Assembly (NCBI GenBank): GCA_029838195.1
Contig: JALGVJ010000011.1
Location: forward strand, 1 to 64,000
Reading direction: 5' to 3'
Source: Promethearchaeota archaeon
GTDB taxonomy: Archaea > Asgardarchaeota > Lokiarchaeia > Sigyniarchaeales > SOKP01
DNA length: 64,000 nt
The position numbers and the translations under genes are program-made. Below are positions 31,630 through 41,400 of this stretch, piece after piece. The notes below the pieces were generated by a model, which made no database searches, was not told where the DNA came from, and saw only the letters and a list, made by a program, of their open reading frames with translations. Position 1 is the stretch's first letter. Each line of letters starts with the position of its first letter.

Positions 31630-32901
31630 TTAAAAGAGTTCAAGCACGTCATTCTTTCTATTTTTATTATCACCTTTTTTCTTATTTCTTTTTCTTTTTG
31701 TTTTTTCAAAATAAGAATTAAAATTGAGAGTATTTTCCCCACAAAACAAGGTCAATAGCACGTGAGGAGCAATTCGCTTTTCATCTACTGCCTCTAATAA
31801 AAATTGTGCAAGAAAAGAAGGATCTAAAGAATTTCTTAATTTAATGATATCTTCATGAGTAAATTCTCGAAATGAAGCATTCCAAGAAGATTTGCTTAAA
31901 ACACGCATGTATTTCCTCCTTTTTTTAAAAGGTTGGATACTGCTTACTTCCTCTTTATTCAAAAATGGTGATTTTAAACTTTCATGTAAAAAAATATGTT
32001 GTTTTATGTGGGTAAAAAATTCAGAGCACTGTGAAACAGAAAGCACGTGAAACGGCGGAGAAGGACAATATAAAAAAGGAGGTGAAATAGATTCCCAAGA
32101 AGAAAAACCGTTCTTAGAAAAAAATTTATTGAATTTTTTAAATTTAGCAAGAAAAAGATTGTTCGCTTGCACGCGAGAACTCAAGAGGAGCGGATGGTAA
32201 ATGAATTTTATTATTTTATCATTGAAAAAGAAAAATGGTTTATTTAAGAATTCTTTCTGAGAAATGGGAATTCGAAACTGCTCTTGAAGGAATTTAGAAA
32301 CATGAGCAGAATAACGCTTTAATTCCTTTTCTAATCGTGTTTTCGCAAAAATATCTGTAGAGAGGGGAATTTTTTTTGAATCTTTTTCCCGCAAGACAAG
32401 TAAAGAACCTTTTTCAATAGTAAGAGATAATTTAGATTCATTAATAATAATAGGAAAAAGAGATAAAACAGAAAACAAGGGAGAAATCGGGATGATAAGA
32501 ATAACTATTATATCAATTATACTTTCTTTTAGTTCCATGAAGTTCATGGTGGGTGTTATTTTTTGTTTCAACATCTCCTTGAGGGTATATATTAGGTGTT
32601 CTCGCTCTAATAATGTAAGTTTTTCTTCAGGGTTGAGTCCCATCTTCGAGAATAAGGAAATTTTTCTATCAAAACTTTTTTTTTTAGCCTTTACGTTTCG
32701 TTCTTGACATTTTACATATTCATTAAGTGTTTTTTGACGTGCCCTTATTTTAATGATAAGATTTCGTGAATTCAAGAAAGCATGGTTATTATCATGATGA
32801 GAATTATTATCATGATGAGAATTACTATGGGCATCTAAAATAACTTGTTTTTTGTATTCTTTATTATTATTTTCTTTTTTATTAGAAGATCGCATGTCCA
32901 T
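31630..32901 (-). CDS. Hypothetical protein with a PIP-box-like motif
   Basis: 423-aa ORF with 'QKTLNEYV'. Motif promoter at 32922-32936. Confidence 0.6.
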   Translation of the reverse strand: MDMRSSNKKENNNKEYKKQVILDAHSNSHHDNNSHHDNNHAFLNSRNLIIKIRARQKTLNEYVKCQERNVKAKKKSFDRKISLFSKMGLNPEEKLTLLEREHLIYTLKEMLKQKITPTMNFMELKESIIDIIVILIIPISPLFSVLSLFPIIINESKLSLTIEKGSLLVLREKDSKKIPLSTDIFAKTRLEKELKRYSAHVSKFLQEQFRIPISQKEFLNKPFFFFNDKIIKFIYHPLLLSSRVQANNLFLAKFKKFNKFFSKNGFSSWESISPPFLYCPSPPFHVLSVSQCSEFFTHIKQHIFLHESLKSPFLNKEEVSSIQPFKKRRKYMRVLSKSSWNASFREFTHEDIIKLRNSLDPSFLAQFLLEAVDEKRIAPHVLLTLFCGENTLNFNSYFEKTKRKRNKKKGDNKNRKNDVLELF

Positions 32902-33001
32902 TTCCTTATTTTCTTCCCTTCTATATAAAGAAAAAATTCAGTTGAATGAAATTCAAGAAAAAGCGCAATTTTACTATTTTTTATTTAAATAAAACGATTG
33001 G

Positions 33002-33304
33002 ATGATATCATTAATGACCGTTTCAATACATCAAACAAAAACCTCAATTAAAAAGAGAAAAAAGTATTCTTGTCCGTATTGTCACGCCCCAATTGAAATT
33101 AATTTTAATGAAATCGAGCAATCTAAACAGAGAACAGGAGGGCTCTATACCACATGTTATTTACACGGTGATCCCTTACATGCTTTTATTCTTTACATTG
33201 ATTCTGATGGCAAGGTAAGAGGACATGAAATCATCACGAACATTTTCATTACAAAAGAATCAGAAACTCTCAATACGCTATTAAAGAAATGGGCTAAAGG
33301 ATAA
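33002..33304 (+). CDS. Small Zn-binding protein (likely start 33014)
   Basis: CPYC..'YLHGDPLHAFILYID..VRG'. Motif promoter at 32977-32991. Confidence 0.75.
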   Translation: MISLMTVSIHQTKTSIKKRKKYSCPYCHAPIEINFNEIEQSKQRTGGLYTTCYLHGDPLHAFILYIDSDGKVRGHEIITNIFITKESETLNTLLKKWAKG

Positions 33305-33405
33305 TTAATAACATGTTTTTTCATTTATTTTTTTAATTTTTAATTTACAATGAATTTATTGAATCTATTAAAATTTATAAAAGGTTAATTGAAATATCCA
33401 TTATC

Positions 33406-36015
33406 ATGACTTCCAAGCAAGATTCTTCGAAAAATTCTAAAAAACAATTAATAAAACAAGAAGCCGTTAAAAAGTATAACACAGAAACTCTTCCTTTTGA
33501 TGCAGTTTCCGATGAACCAAGGGAAACAAGAAAATCTACTTTAGAAATTGATAAATACATCTCGGATAAACGGATTTTACGTGTATTACTAGAAAACAAT
33601 ATTTTCGAATTAAGAGAAATCCAAAAAGTTGCCATCAAGCAAGGTTTATTTTTCCAAAAATCGTTTTTAATTTGTGCCCCATCCGGAAGTGGTAAAACTC
33701 TAATCGGAGAATTGTGCGCCATCCACAACATTCTCGAGGATTTCGGAAAATCCATCTATCTCGTGCCTTTCAAGGCCTTAGCAACGGAAAAATACATTCA
33801 TTTCAAAAAGAATTATTCCCGATTTAATATTAAGATAGGGCTCAGTATCGGAGACTTTGAACTAAATGAAGAAGAGCTGAAAAAATCGGACCTTATCGTT
33901 ACCACCTACGAGAAAATGGACTCCATTTTAAGAAATTTCAATGAAAAAGATTGGATTCACGAAATTTCCACCATAATAATTGATGAAATTCACATGATAG
34001 GCGAAGAGGTACGAGGGCCCCGACTTGAATCTCTCATCATCCGATTAAACGAATTTCTTTATCATCCTCAAATCATTGGCCTTTCGGCTACTATCGCAAA
34101 TCCCGAATTTTTTAATGCATGGCTAAGTTCTTTAGGAAATAAGACCACTTTAATCAAATCAGATGTTCGACCTGTACCCCTTCATTACCGCATTGAAATC
34201 TCGGGCAATAAAACGGCTACCATTCGCAAGTATATCAAGGCTATCTTGAGTCAAGAAGGGCAAGTATTAATATTCGTGAACACCCGAAAAGATTCGCAAG
34301 TGCTCGCTCAAGAATACATGAAACTAATTCCACACTTTTTAAAACCCGAAGAAAAAGAAATATGTAAAAGATTGAGCAAGAAACTCGAAAAAACGAATGG
34401 AAATAACAAGGAATTGGAACGCATGGTTTCTCACGGCATCGCCTTTCACCACGCGGGACTATTACCAAAAGAACGCAAGCTCGTAGAGGATAATTTTCGA
34501 AAACGCAATATAAAAGTCATTTGCTGCACGACCACGCTTTCTGCAGGTGTGAACACGCCGGCACGATTAGTCATCCTAAAAAAATTCAAGAAACACGTTA
34601 CTTCCGGGTATAATCTTACCAATTTTTCCGGCTATTTCGAAACGGGCGATGGCTTTTCTTTTTTCAAACCTTTTTCTGCTAATGAAGTATTCCAAATGCT
34701 CGGAAGGGCAGGACGACCAGGTTTAGATCCCCTTGGCTATGGTATTATTTTAGTTAAAAATTTAGATGAAAAGCTATGGGTGGAGGATAACTATTTTCAG
34801 CCTTTGGGTTCTGATTATATTCTTAAACCTAAATATAATGATTTAGTTTCCACGCTTAACGACGTGAGCGTGCTAACCGAACAAGTCTTACTACGGATAT
34901 ATGAAGAAAAGCGGATTTCCTTAGAAAAGCTCAAGCAATTTTTTGAACGCACCTATTTTTATCATGAATTCAAAAATAGGGCTTCACGTCAAAATATTTC
35001 CATTCCCATTGAACAGCTCCTCATGATTAAGGAAATCAAGCCTGTAAACATTTTAAAAATGTATTCCGCAAGCAAGAATTTAGTTAATATTAAAAAGAAA
35101 ATAAAAAAAATCCAATTAAATGGTGTAACCAGTAGCAAGATTAGCGGCTATCTTCAAACGCAGTACGGCGTGTTCGAATGCTCGTTTCACGTAAGCCGGG
35201 GAATCACCTGCTCGTGTGGGTTTAAAAATGGATTTTCCGATAATTTTGGAAATACAAAAAACTTATTCGAGTTTTGCGAACACGTGCTTGCATTTTTGAT
35301 ATATCTCATTGAATATCCAGATCCGAAGGTCCAAAAATATGTTGAAGACATCATTCCAAAATCACTTCGAAGGCAATACATTCTAAATTATCTTTTAGAA
35401 AAGGGATTACTCAAGAAAGACGAAAAAAACACGTTTTTTTGTACGGCCTTCGGAAAATTAGTAATTCAACTCTACATTGCTCCTTCCTCTGCAGTGTTGA
35501 TTCGGAAAAAATTGGAAAATAAAAGCATCAACACCTACATGGAACTACTAAAAGAAGCATTTAACATTTTAAAAGAAGAGGGTAAAGTGAGGAGAGATGA
35601 CTTTTTCGAACCCTTATTAGATTGGTGCGATGAAGTTCCTTTAGATGAAATTTTAGATCGATATAACATCATGGCGGGAGATTTGTTCACGCTCAGAGAA
35701 AACGTGGTTAGGAACATTATTTTCATTCAAAAAATTGCCGAATTTTTATCCCGGACTGGCACGGACTTGCGCGAATCTATGTTTAACGTGATGGAAATGG
35801 CAGAAACGCTCAGCATTCGAGTAGAACATGGCATAAAAGAAGAGCTATTCGATTTAGTACTACGCTTAAATCAAGTGGGGCGAGTTCGGGCAAGAATTTT
35901 ATTCAATGCAGGGTATAAAAATGCTTCTGAAGTAAGAAAAGAAACTCCCTACACGCTTCACATAAGAACGGGTCTGGGAATTAATCTATGTAAGGCTATA
36001 TTAAAAAGTAAATAA
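33406..36015 (+). CDS. hel308: Hel308/Hjm Ski2-like SF2 helicase with SWIM-type Zn finger insertion
   Basis: APSGSGKT, DEIH, GLSATI, FHHAGL, TTTLSAGVNTPA, QMLGRAGRPGLD, RVRARILF; insert CSC-x19-CEH. Confidence 0.9.
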   Translation: MTSKQDSSKNSKKQLIKQEAVKKYNTETLPFDAVSDEPRETRKSTLEIDKYISDKRILRVLLENNIFELREIQKVAIKQGLFFQKSFLICAPSGSGKTLIGELCAIHNILEDFGKSIYLVPFKALATEKYIHFKKNYSRFNIKIGLSIGDFELNEEELKKSDLIVTTYEKMDSILRNFNEKDWIHEISTIIIDEIHMIGEEVRGPRLESLIIRLNEFLYHPQIIGLSATIANPEFFNAWLSSLGNKTTLIKSDVRPVPLHYRIEISGNKTATIRKYIKAILSQEGQVLIFVNTRKDSQVLAQEYMKLIPHFLKPEEKEICKRLSKKLEKTNGNNKELERMVSHGIAFHHAGLLPKERKLVEDNFRKRNIKVICCTTTLSAGVNTPARLVILKKFKKHVTSGYNLTNFSGYFETGDGFSFFKPFSANEVFQMLGRAGRPGLDPLGYGIILVKNLDEKLWVEDNYFQPLGSDYILKPKYNDLVSTLNDVSVLTEQVLLRIYEEKRISLEKLKQFFERTYFYHEFKNRASRQNISIPIEQLLMIKEIKPVNILKMYSASKNLVNIKKKIKKIQLNGVTSSKISGYLQTQYGVFECSFHVSRGITCSCGFKNGFSDNFGNTKNLFEFCEHVLAFLIYLIEYPDPKVQKYVEDIIPKSLRRQYILNYLLEKGLLKKDEKNTFFCTAFGKLVIQLYIAPSSAVLIRKKLENKSINTYMELLKEAFNILKEEGKVRRDDFFEPLLDWCDEVPLDEILDRYNIMAGDLFTLRENVVRNIIFIQKIAEFLSRTGTDLRESMFNVMEMAETLSIRVEHGIKEELFDLVLRLNQVGRVRARILFNAGYKNASEVRKETPYTLHIRTGLGINLCKAILKSK

Positions 36016-36051
36016 CAAATCTAATATTATAAATCTATTAATATGATTTAA

Positions 36052-38271
36052 TTAAATCTTCTCCTTTTTCTTTTTCTTTTTATTATATTCATAAAGGTTA
36101 TGAATCATGAACAATAACTCTTGAGAATCATCAAATATGAGATAATGAATCCCATGACTCTTGCAAAAGTGTTTTATTTTTTCTTTTACGACGATTTTTT
36201 CTCCTGATACGTGTTCTGAATAATTAGTGAAATCCATCGCCCAAAAGACTAACACGTACTTTTCTTGTAAGGTTTTATTCTGGAGTAGAAGCTCATGAAA
36301 ATTCATAGTAGATGGTTTCATGATTCGAATCAAAATACGGTCAAGTAAAATGATATCTGAGCTGGAAATAGTATCATTCAATCCATATTGTATTTTTTTT
36401 CGTTGTAAATATTTGCGGAGGCCATATTGAACGGTAAATCGAGAAGAAATCAAAATTCTGGAAAATTCTTTAGAAAAACTTAAAGAAGAATTTTTTATCA
36501 CGTATCTTTCTTGATCTTTTATCTCTTGACAAGAAGAGTTCATGAAAGAAGTTAATCGTGTTTGCGTCTTTTGGATTTTATATTTTTTTTTAGAATTTAA
36601 AACGGAAGTAGTAAAAGAAATATCTTTAGAAGTCGTATCTAAAAGAAAAAGGTGCCCCGAAGGGGAGGTTTTAGGCGCATTTGATTTTAATGTTCCTTCC
36701 ATGTGTTTTAGTTTTTTTAGTGCCACCATTAAATATACCTCATCATTAGTATCTTTCGTATAGAGCATGATAACTTTCCCTTCCCTATGACGAGCAGTGC
36801 GTCCTTTTCTCTGAATTAACCGAATTTCCGATGCCACGATATCATAAAAAATAACTATATCGCATTCGGCAATGTCCAAACCCTCCTCTCCTACGTTCGT
36901 GCTTACCAATACATTATACTTTCCATCCTTGAAATCTTGAAGTATTTTAATCTGTTCTTTTTGGCTCAAACCCTTATCGGCCTTTTTAGACGCTTGCCCC
37001 ACGAACCGCTTGGGCTGAATGCTCGGAAGCGATTTCAATTTTTCCACGATATTTTTCACGGAATCTCTTAACTTCACGAATACGATCACGCGAGATTCTG
37101 GATTAATAGTGAATTGTTTGGCTAATATTTTTTTTAAAAGGATGAGCTTGGGATGTAATAACATCTCTGATTTAAATACTTGATATTTTTTTAATTCCAA
37201 GAGTAAAGCAGTAAGCTTGGGATTGCTCGCAAGATATCTTTGAGCTTTGGAACTATTACTTTTCTTGGCTTCTGATTTTAATTTTTCCAAATAGACCAAG
37301 AGAATGTCTAATCCTTGTTGTTCGACAAGGGATTCCATGTGATACAAAATTAACGCTTGAGCTATGATGGATAAGGCTACATACACGTTCTTGCTGGGAA
37401 TACCTTGCTGGGTCATGGCAACGAGTTCAGAGCGTAATTCCACGAGTTTCTTTCTATATATTTTATCCTCAATATTTTGACTGTTTTTATCACTTTTAGA
37501 GGGAGGAATTACTCCCAAGCGATCCAAATAATATAATCGCTCTTTTATTAATTCGTGTATCACGTCCAGAGCTTTTTTCATGAGATCCGTGAGAGATACT
37601 CCCATCTTAATGACATCCATGGGCTTGATATACGATTTCACGTCAGCATCCGCACGTGAGCGGTAATGGATGTTCTCTAAAGGCACGTGCAAGATTTCGC
37701 ATAAATTTTCCACACTCTCGCGGGTGGCACCAGGGGATGCCGTAAGTGCAAGAATGTTTCCCTCTGGGTTTTGGATCATGTACTCGCTTGCCAAATACAC
37801 GTACGCATAATCTCCCGTGGCGTGATGAGCTTCATCAAAAATCATCAAGCACACCTGAAATAAGCTGTATTTTTGTTTCACAATGTCGTTTCGCAAGGTC
37901 TGTGGCGTGTAAAATAATATTTGATTTTCCGAAAAAAGCAAAGGACGTTCCTTAGGAGATGTCCTTCCCGTCAATATCACGAACTTCTCGGGAGGAATGT
38001 TTAAAAATCGTAAGAAAAATTCGTGGTGTTGGTCTATTAAGGGACGAGTTGGTGCCATTAAAATGATTTTACTGTCGGGAGGATAATATTCTAAAGTTTT
38101 TGCTGCGACCAATAAAGCAATGATGGTTTTTCCCAAGCCCGTGGGAATGATCACCAATGAATTCTTGTTCACGCATTGTTCCGCAATAGAAAGCTGATAT
38201 TCTCGCTTTTCAAGAAGCTCTTCCCTTAAATATTTGAATTCCTTTAACCGCAAATCTTCACTCGTTACCAT
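36052..38271 (-). CDS. hef: Hef/FANCM-like SF2 helicase with degenerate C-terminal ERCC4-like domain
   Basis: PTGLGKT, FDEAHH, LTASPG, HPKL, EEGLDI, IQRKGRTAR; PIP-like QTRLTSFM; C-terminal 'SDIILLDRILIRIMK' lacks ERK. Confidence 0.88.
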   Translation of the reverse strand: MVTSEDLRLKEFKYLREELLEKREYQLSIAEQCVNKNSLVIIPTGLGKTIIALLVAAKTLEYYPPDSKIILMAPTRPLIDQHHEFFLRFLNIPPEKFVILTGRTSPKERPLLFSENQILFYTPQTLRNDIVKQKYSLFQVCLMIFDEAHHATGDYAYVYLASEYMIQNPEGNILALTASPGATRESVENLCEILHVPLENIHYRSRADADVKSYIKPMDVIKMGVSLTDLMKKALDVIHELIKERLYYLDRLGVIPPSKSDKNSQNIEDKIYRKKLVELRSELVAMTQQGIPSKNVYVALSIIAQALILYHMESLVEQQGLDILLVYLEKLKSEAKKSNSSKAQRYLASNPKLTALLLELKKYQVFKSEMLLHPKLILLKKILAKQFTINPESRVIVFVKLRDSVKNIVEKLKSLPSIQPKRFVGQASKKADKGLSQKEQIKILQDFKDGKYNVLVSTNVGEEGLDIAECDIVIFYDIVASEIRLIQRKGRTARHREGKVIMLYTKDTNDEVYLMVALKKLKHMEGTLKSNAPKTSPSGHLFLLDTTSKDISFTTSVLNSKKKYKIQKTQTRLTSFMNSSCQEIKDQERYVIKNSSLSFSKEFSRILISSRFTVQYGLRKYLQRKKIQYGLNDTISSSDIILLDRILIRIMKPSTMNFHELLLQNKTLQEKYVLVFWAMDFTNYSEHVSGEKIVVKEKIKHFCKSHGIHYLIFDDSQELLFMIHNLYEYNKKKKKKEKI

Positions 38272-38402
38272 GACTATATCTTATTTTTTTCGATGTATAA
38301 AAATAAAAAATCACGAAAAAATCGAAAATACAAGAAAATGATTGCATTTTAGAGAAGTAAAAAAATAGAAAAATAATAGTAAAAAAATCTATTTTATTAT
38401 AA

Positions 38403-41400
38403 TTACTCCGCACCCAATCGTTTCTTAATATACCACGAGCTAATGATAGTTAACCCCGGAGTAGACAACAACCCAATCGTTAAAGGCAACACGAAATTGG
38501 TATTTTCTAATACTTGAGGAATTCGTGGTGTTGTGGAATTTGAGGGATGATCAGTGTCATCAGGAGGAGAGGAGTCATCATTATTTCCTCCTTCTTGTCC
38601 ACCTGAAGGATCAGAATCATCTAAAGAACAATTAAACACTTGCTTTATAACGGTAATAGAAGTTTGATAGTAATTGCCCGCCGTATCGTTGGAATGAAAC
38701 GTGATGATAATTGTGGCATTTTCGTATGAATTCCACGCTTCCTTGTTAATGATTCCGCTATATTCATTGGACGTGAGATAATATCGATTCAAGCTTCCAT
38801 TGAACATATACCACGTTTCATGAACATTCCAATCTTCCACCTCAATTTTATATGAAGGCGCTTGCTCGCCGAAAATTAAATTATCTTTCGATGGCTGAAG
38901 GATCGTGATTATAGGTAGGATATTATCCTTTTGCAATCGTATGGTAGCATTAGAGCACGTGCCTGCCTTGTTTTTCACGATAAATGTTAAATCAATGCTT
39001 TCATTTCCAAACCGATTCCAGTGAGCTTGAGAAATTTGTCCTTGAACGTAATCATTCACGGAGTAATAGGGACTTTGAAGAGTAAGATGCGAGTTATTTA
39101 TCACGTACCAAAACGATTCCAAGATTTTGCCATTTAATTCAATTTCATAGCGTGGAGCTTGAATGCCGTGTAGCGACCCCTCGATAGGGGAATGAATAAT
39201 AATTGATGGATGAGAAAGCTCTTTATATAGAGTAATCACATCCGTACCATTATTTTTTTGAATGTCAGTGGCTTTAATTGTCAACGTGAGCGTACCATTT
39301 CCGAAAAAGTTCCAATCATCTTCAAAAATAGAATCATTGAATGTCCAAATCCCTTCTATCCGTTTCATTTCATTCAAGGATATCCATCGCTCTCTCTCAT
39401 GAGTGCCATTAGATAGCATTAAATACACCGCATCTAAATAGGTTTCGTTCACGTGGAAAACAAGAGAAGGTGTTTGCCAAGCATGATACGATTGATTCAG
39501 GGGGTTCTCAATCGACACCAACGGAATTTGCGTGTCATTGATAATCAACCCCAAAGAAACACTCATATCTGCCACCCAAGAGAGTGAAGCTTGAGGCACG
39601 TAAAATTTATCCCTTGTTCTATAAAATGAATGAAGCGAAGTAGAGTAGGTATTTAAAATTAAATTCCGGACCAGTGTGCTATTAAAAAACATGCCCAAAT
39701 CAAGCAATTCATTGATCTTATAAACGAGATATAACTCTTCCAGATTTGAATAAATTAGACAAGATTCTGCGTAATTCTTGATTTTTTGAGGATCAATCAA
39801 GCTTTCATTTACTAATTTCAATATGGCAAGTGATTGATAAGTCGTTTCCAGAATTTCTAAAGAATCCTCAGCTTCGGTACGATAAGTAGGCTGAAAGTAA
39901 AGTTCATCGGTAGTTTCCACCGCGTGAGAAAGAACGTAGTTTGTTAGGGCAGTCGTGTTTATATTCGTGTCAGAAATGTTTCCCAAGTTTAAATAACGAG
40001 CCAGCAAGTCCAAAGTCAATACAGAATAATAGGAATGTTCCAAGTATACATAGCTGTTTCTCAACTCGTTGGAAAGGTAAACATGAAATCCATCGGGAGA
40101 AAAGCCGCCCGTATTAGAATAGCCGGGTTCCATGAACTGACACGATTCAATATAACCCAAGATATCATTTATGGAGATCCCCGTTTCCAGTTCAAACTCA
40201 TCAAACAAGTCCAATTTGTAGAGCGTGTCAAGAGCATGATACATGGAGCGGGCGTTCACGGGAGCATTTAACTCGTGGACTCTCTCATGCGTGCCTCTCG
40301 TGTCGAATTCAAAAGGATGAGAATGATAGTATAGCTCGCCGCCGTCTATGTTCGTGAACAAGCTAAATTGATACACGTCAAACTGAGAATAATCCTTGAA
40401 GGATTGCTTGAATTGAGATAAGAGATAAGGAGCATCTAATTGGGTTAATAAGTTGTAATCATAATAATAAAATGCATTTATCAAGGAATTTAATTTCTCC
40501 AGGGTTGTATAATCGGGAGACATTAAGGAATATCCTCCATGAAACTTGAAAGATTCGAGTCCTTGAGCAATTTCATCTTTAACATCTTCAGTAAGAGAAT
40601 TCATAAAACCCGTCTCATTAATGGAACGAATAATCTGGTAAGTGTAAATGATTTCGTGATAAGGTATTTCCGTGGATTTATCCCAAATTCCCATGCTGTT
40701 TCGATGCGAGAGGAGGTAATTCGTGATTTCCGTGCTATTAATGTTCGGATTGTTGGCAAGACTGCCGAGATCCAATCCAAGAGCAGTTGCCACGAGATTG
40801 CAGTAATCCATATTAAAGTATTGTGAATGTGGGGCAATGACAAAGTAATCTTCTTGAGCATTGTATAAATAATCTAAATAAGAATTGAAATTAACCATGT
40901 TTATTTGATCCAAGCTATTTAGCAATTCTAACGATTTCACGCAATAATAAGAGGCTAATAAATTGGTTTCTTTAATAACAAGAGAATTGAACGAGGAATC
41001 CAAATCGTTGTAAAAGCCTCCTAAATGAATGCCCGCAACTGTTTCTTGTAAGCTTGCTAACCAAGAAATCAGTTCATTCTTCTCTTGAGCATGCGTGCTC
41101 CAATCCTCTCCTAATAAAAGCAGTGTTTTAATAGCAAAATAAGTGTTATCAGCGGTAGGCAAGGCTAGCTCTCCCGTGAGCGTGTCATCATAAGGTTGCC
41201 CGAGAAAACCGTGCTTTAATGGATGATAACAGCTCCAAATAAAATCAATAATGTTTTGTACATTAATCTGGTCCAATTCATTGAAAATACCAAGAGATAA
41301 AGTGGCATGGCAATTTATTTCCAAGTAAGAAGTCAATGGTGGGGGATCATCTTTAGCTAAATCAGTATCCAAATATCTATCGGAATAAGAATCCGAGAAA

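Noticed and set aside
33360-33405. Regulon motif upstream of hel308
   Set aside because: The sequence is AAAATTTATAAAAG with no T-tract; membership would need read-through from 33014.
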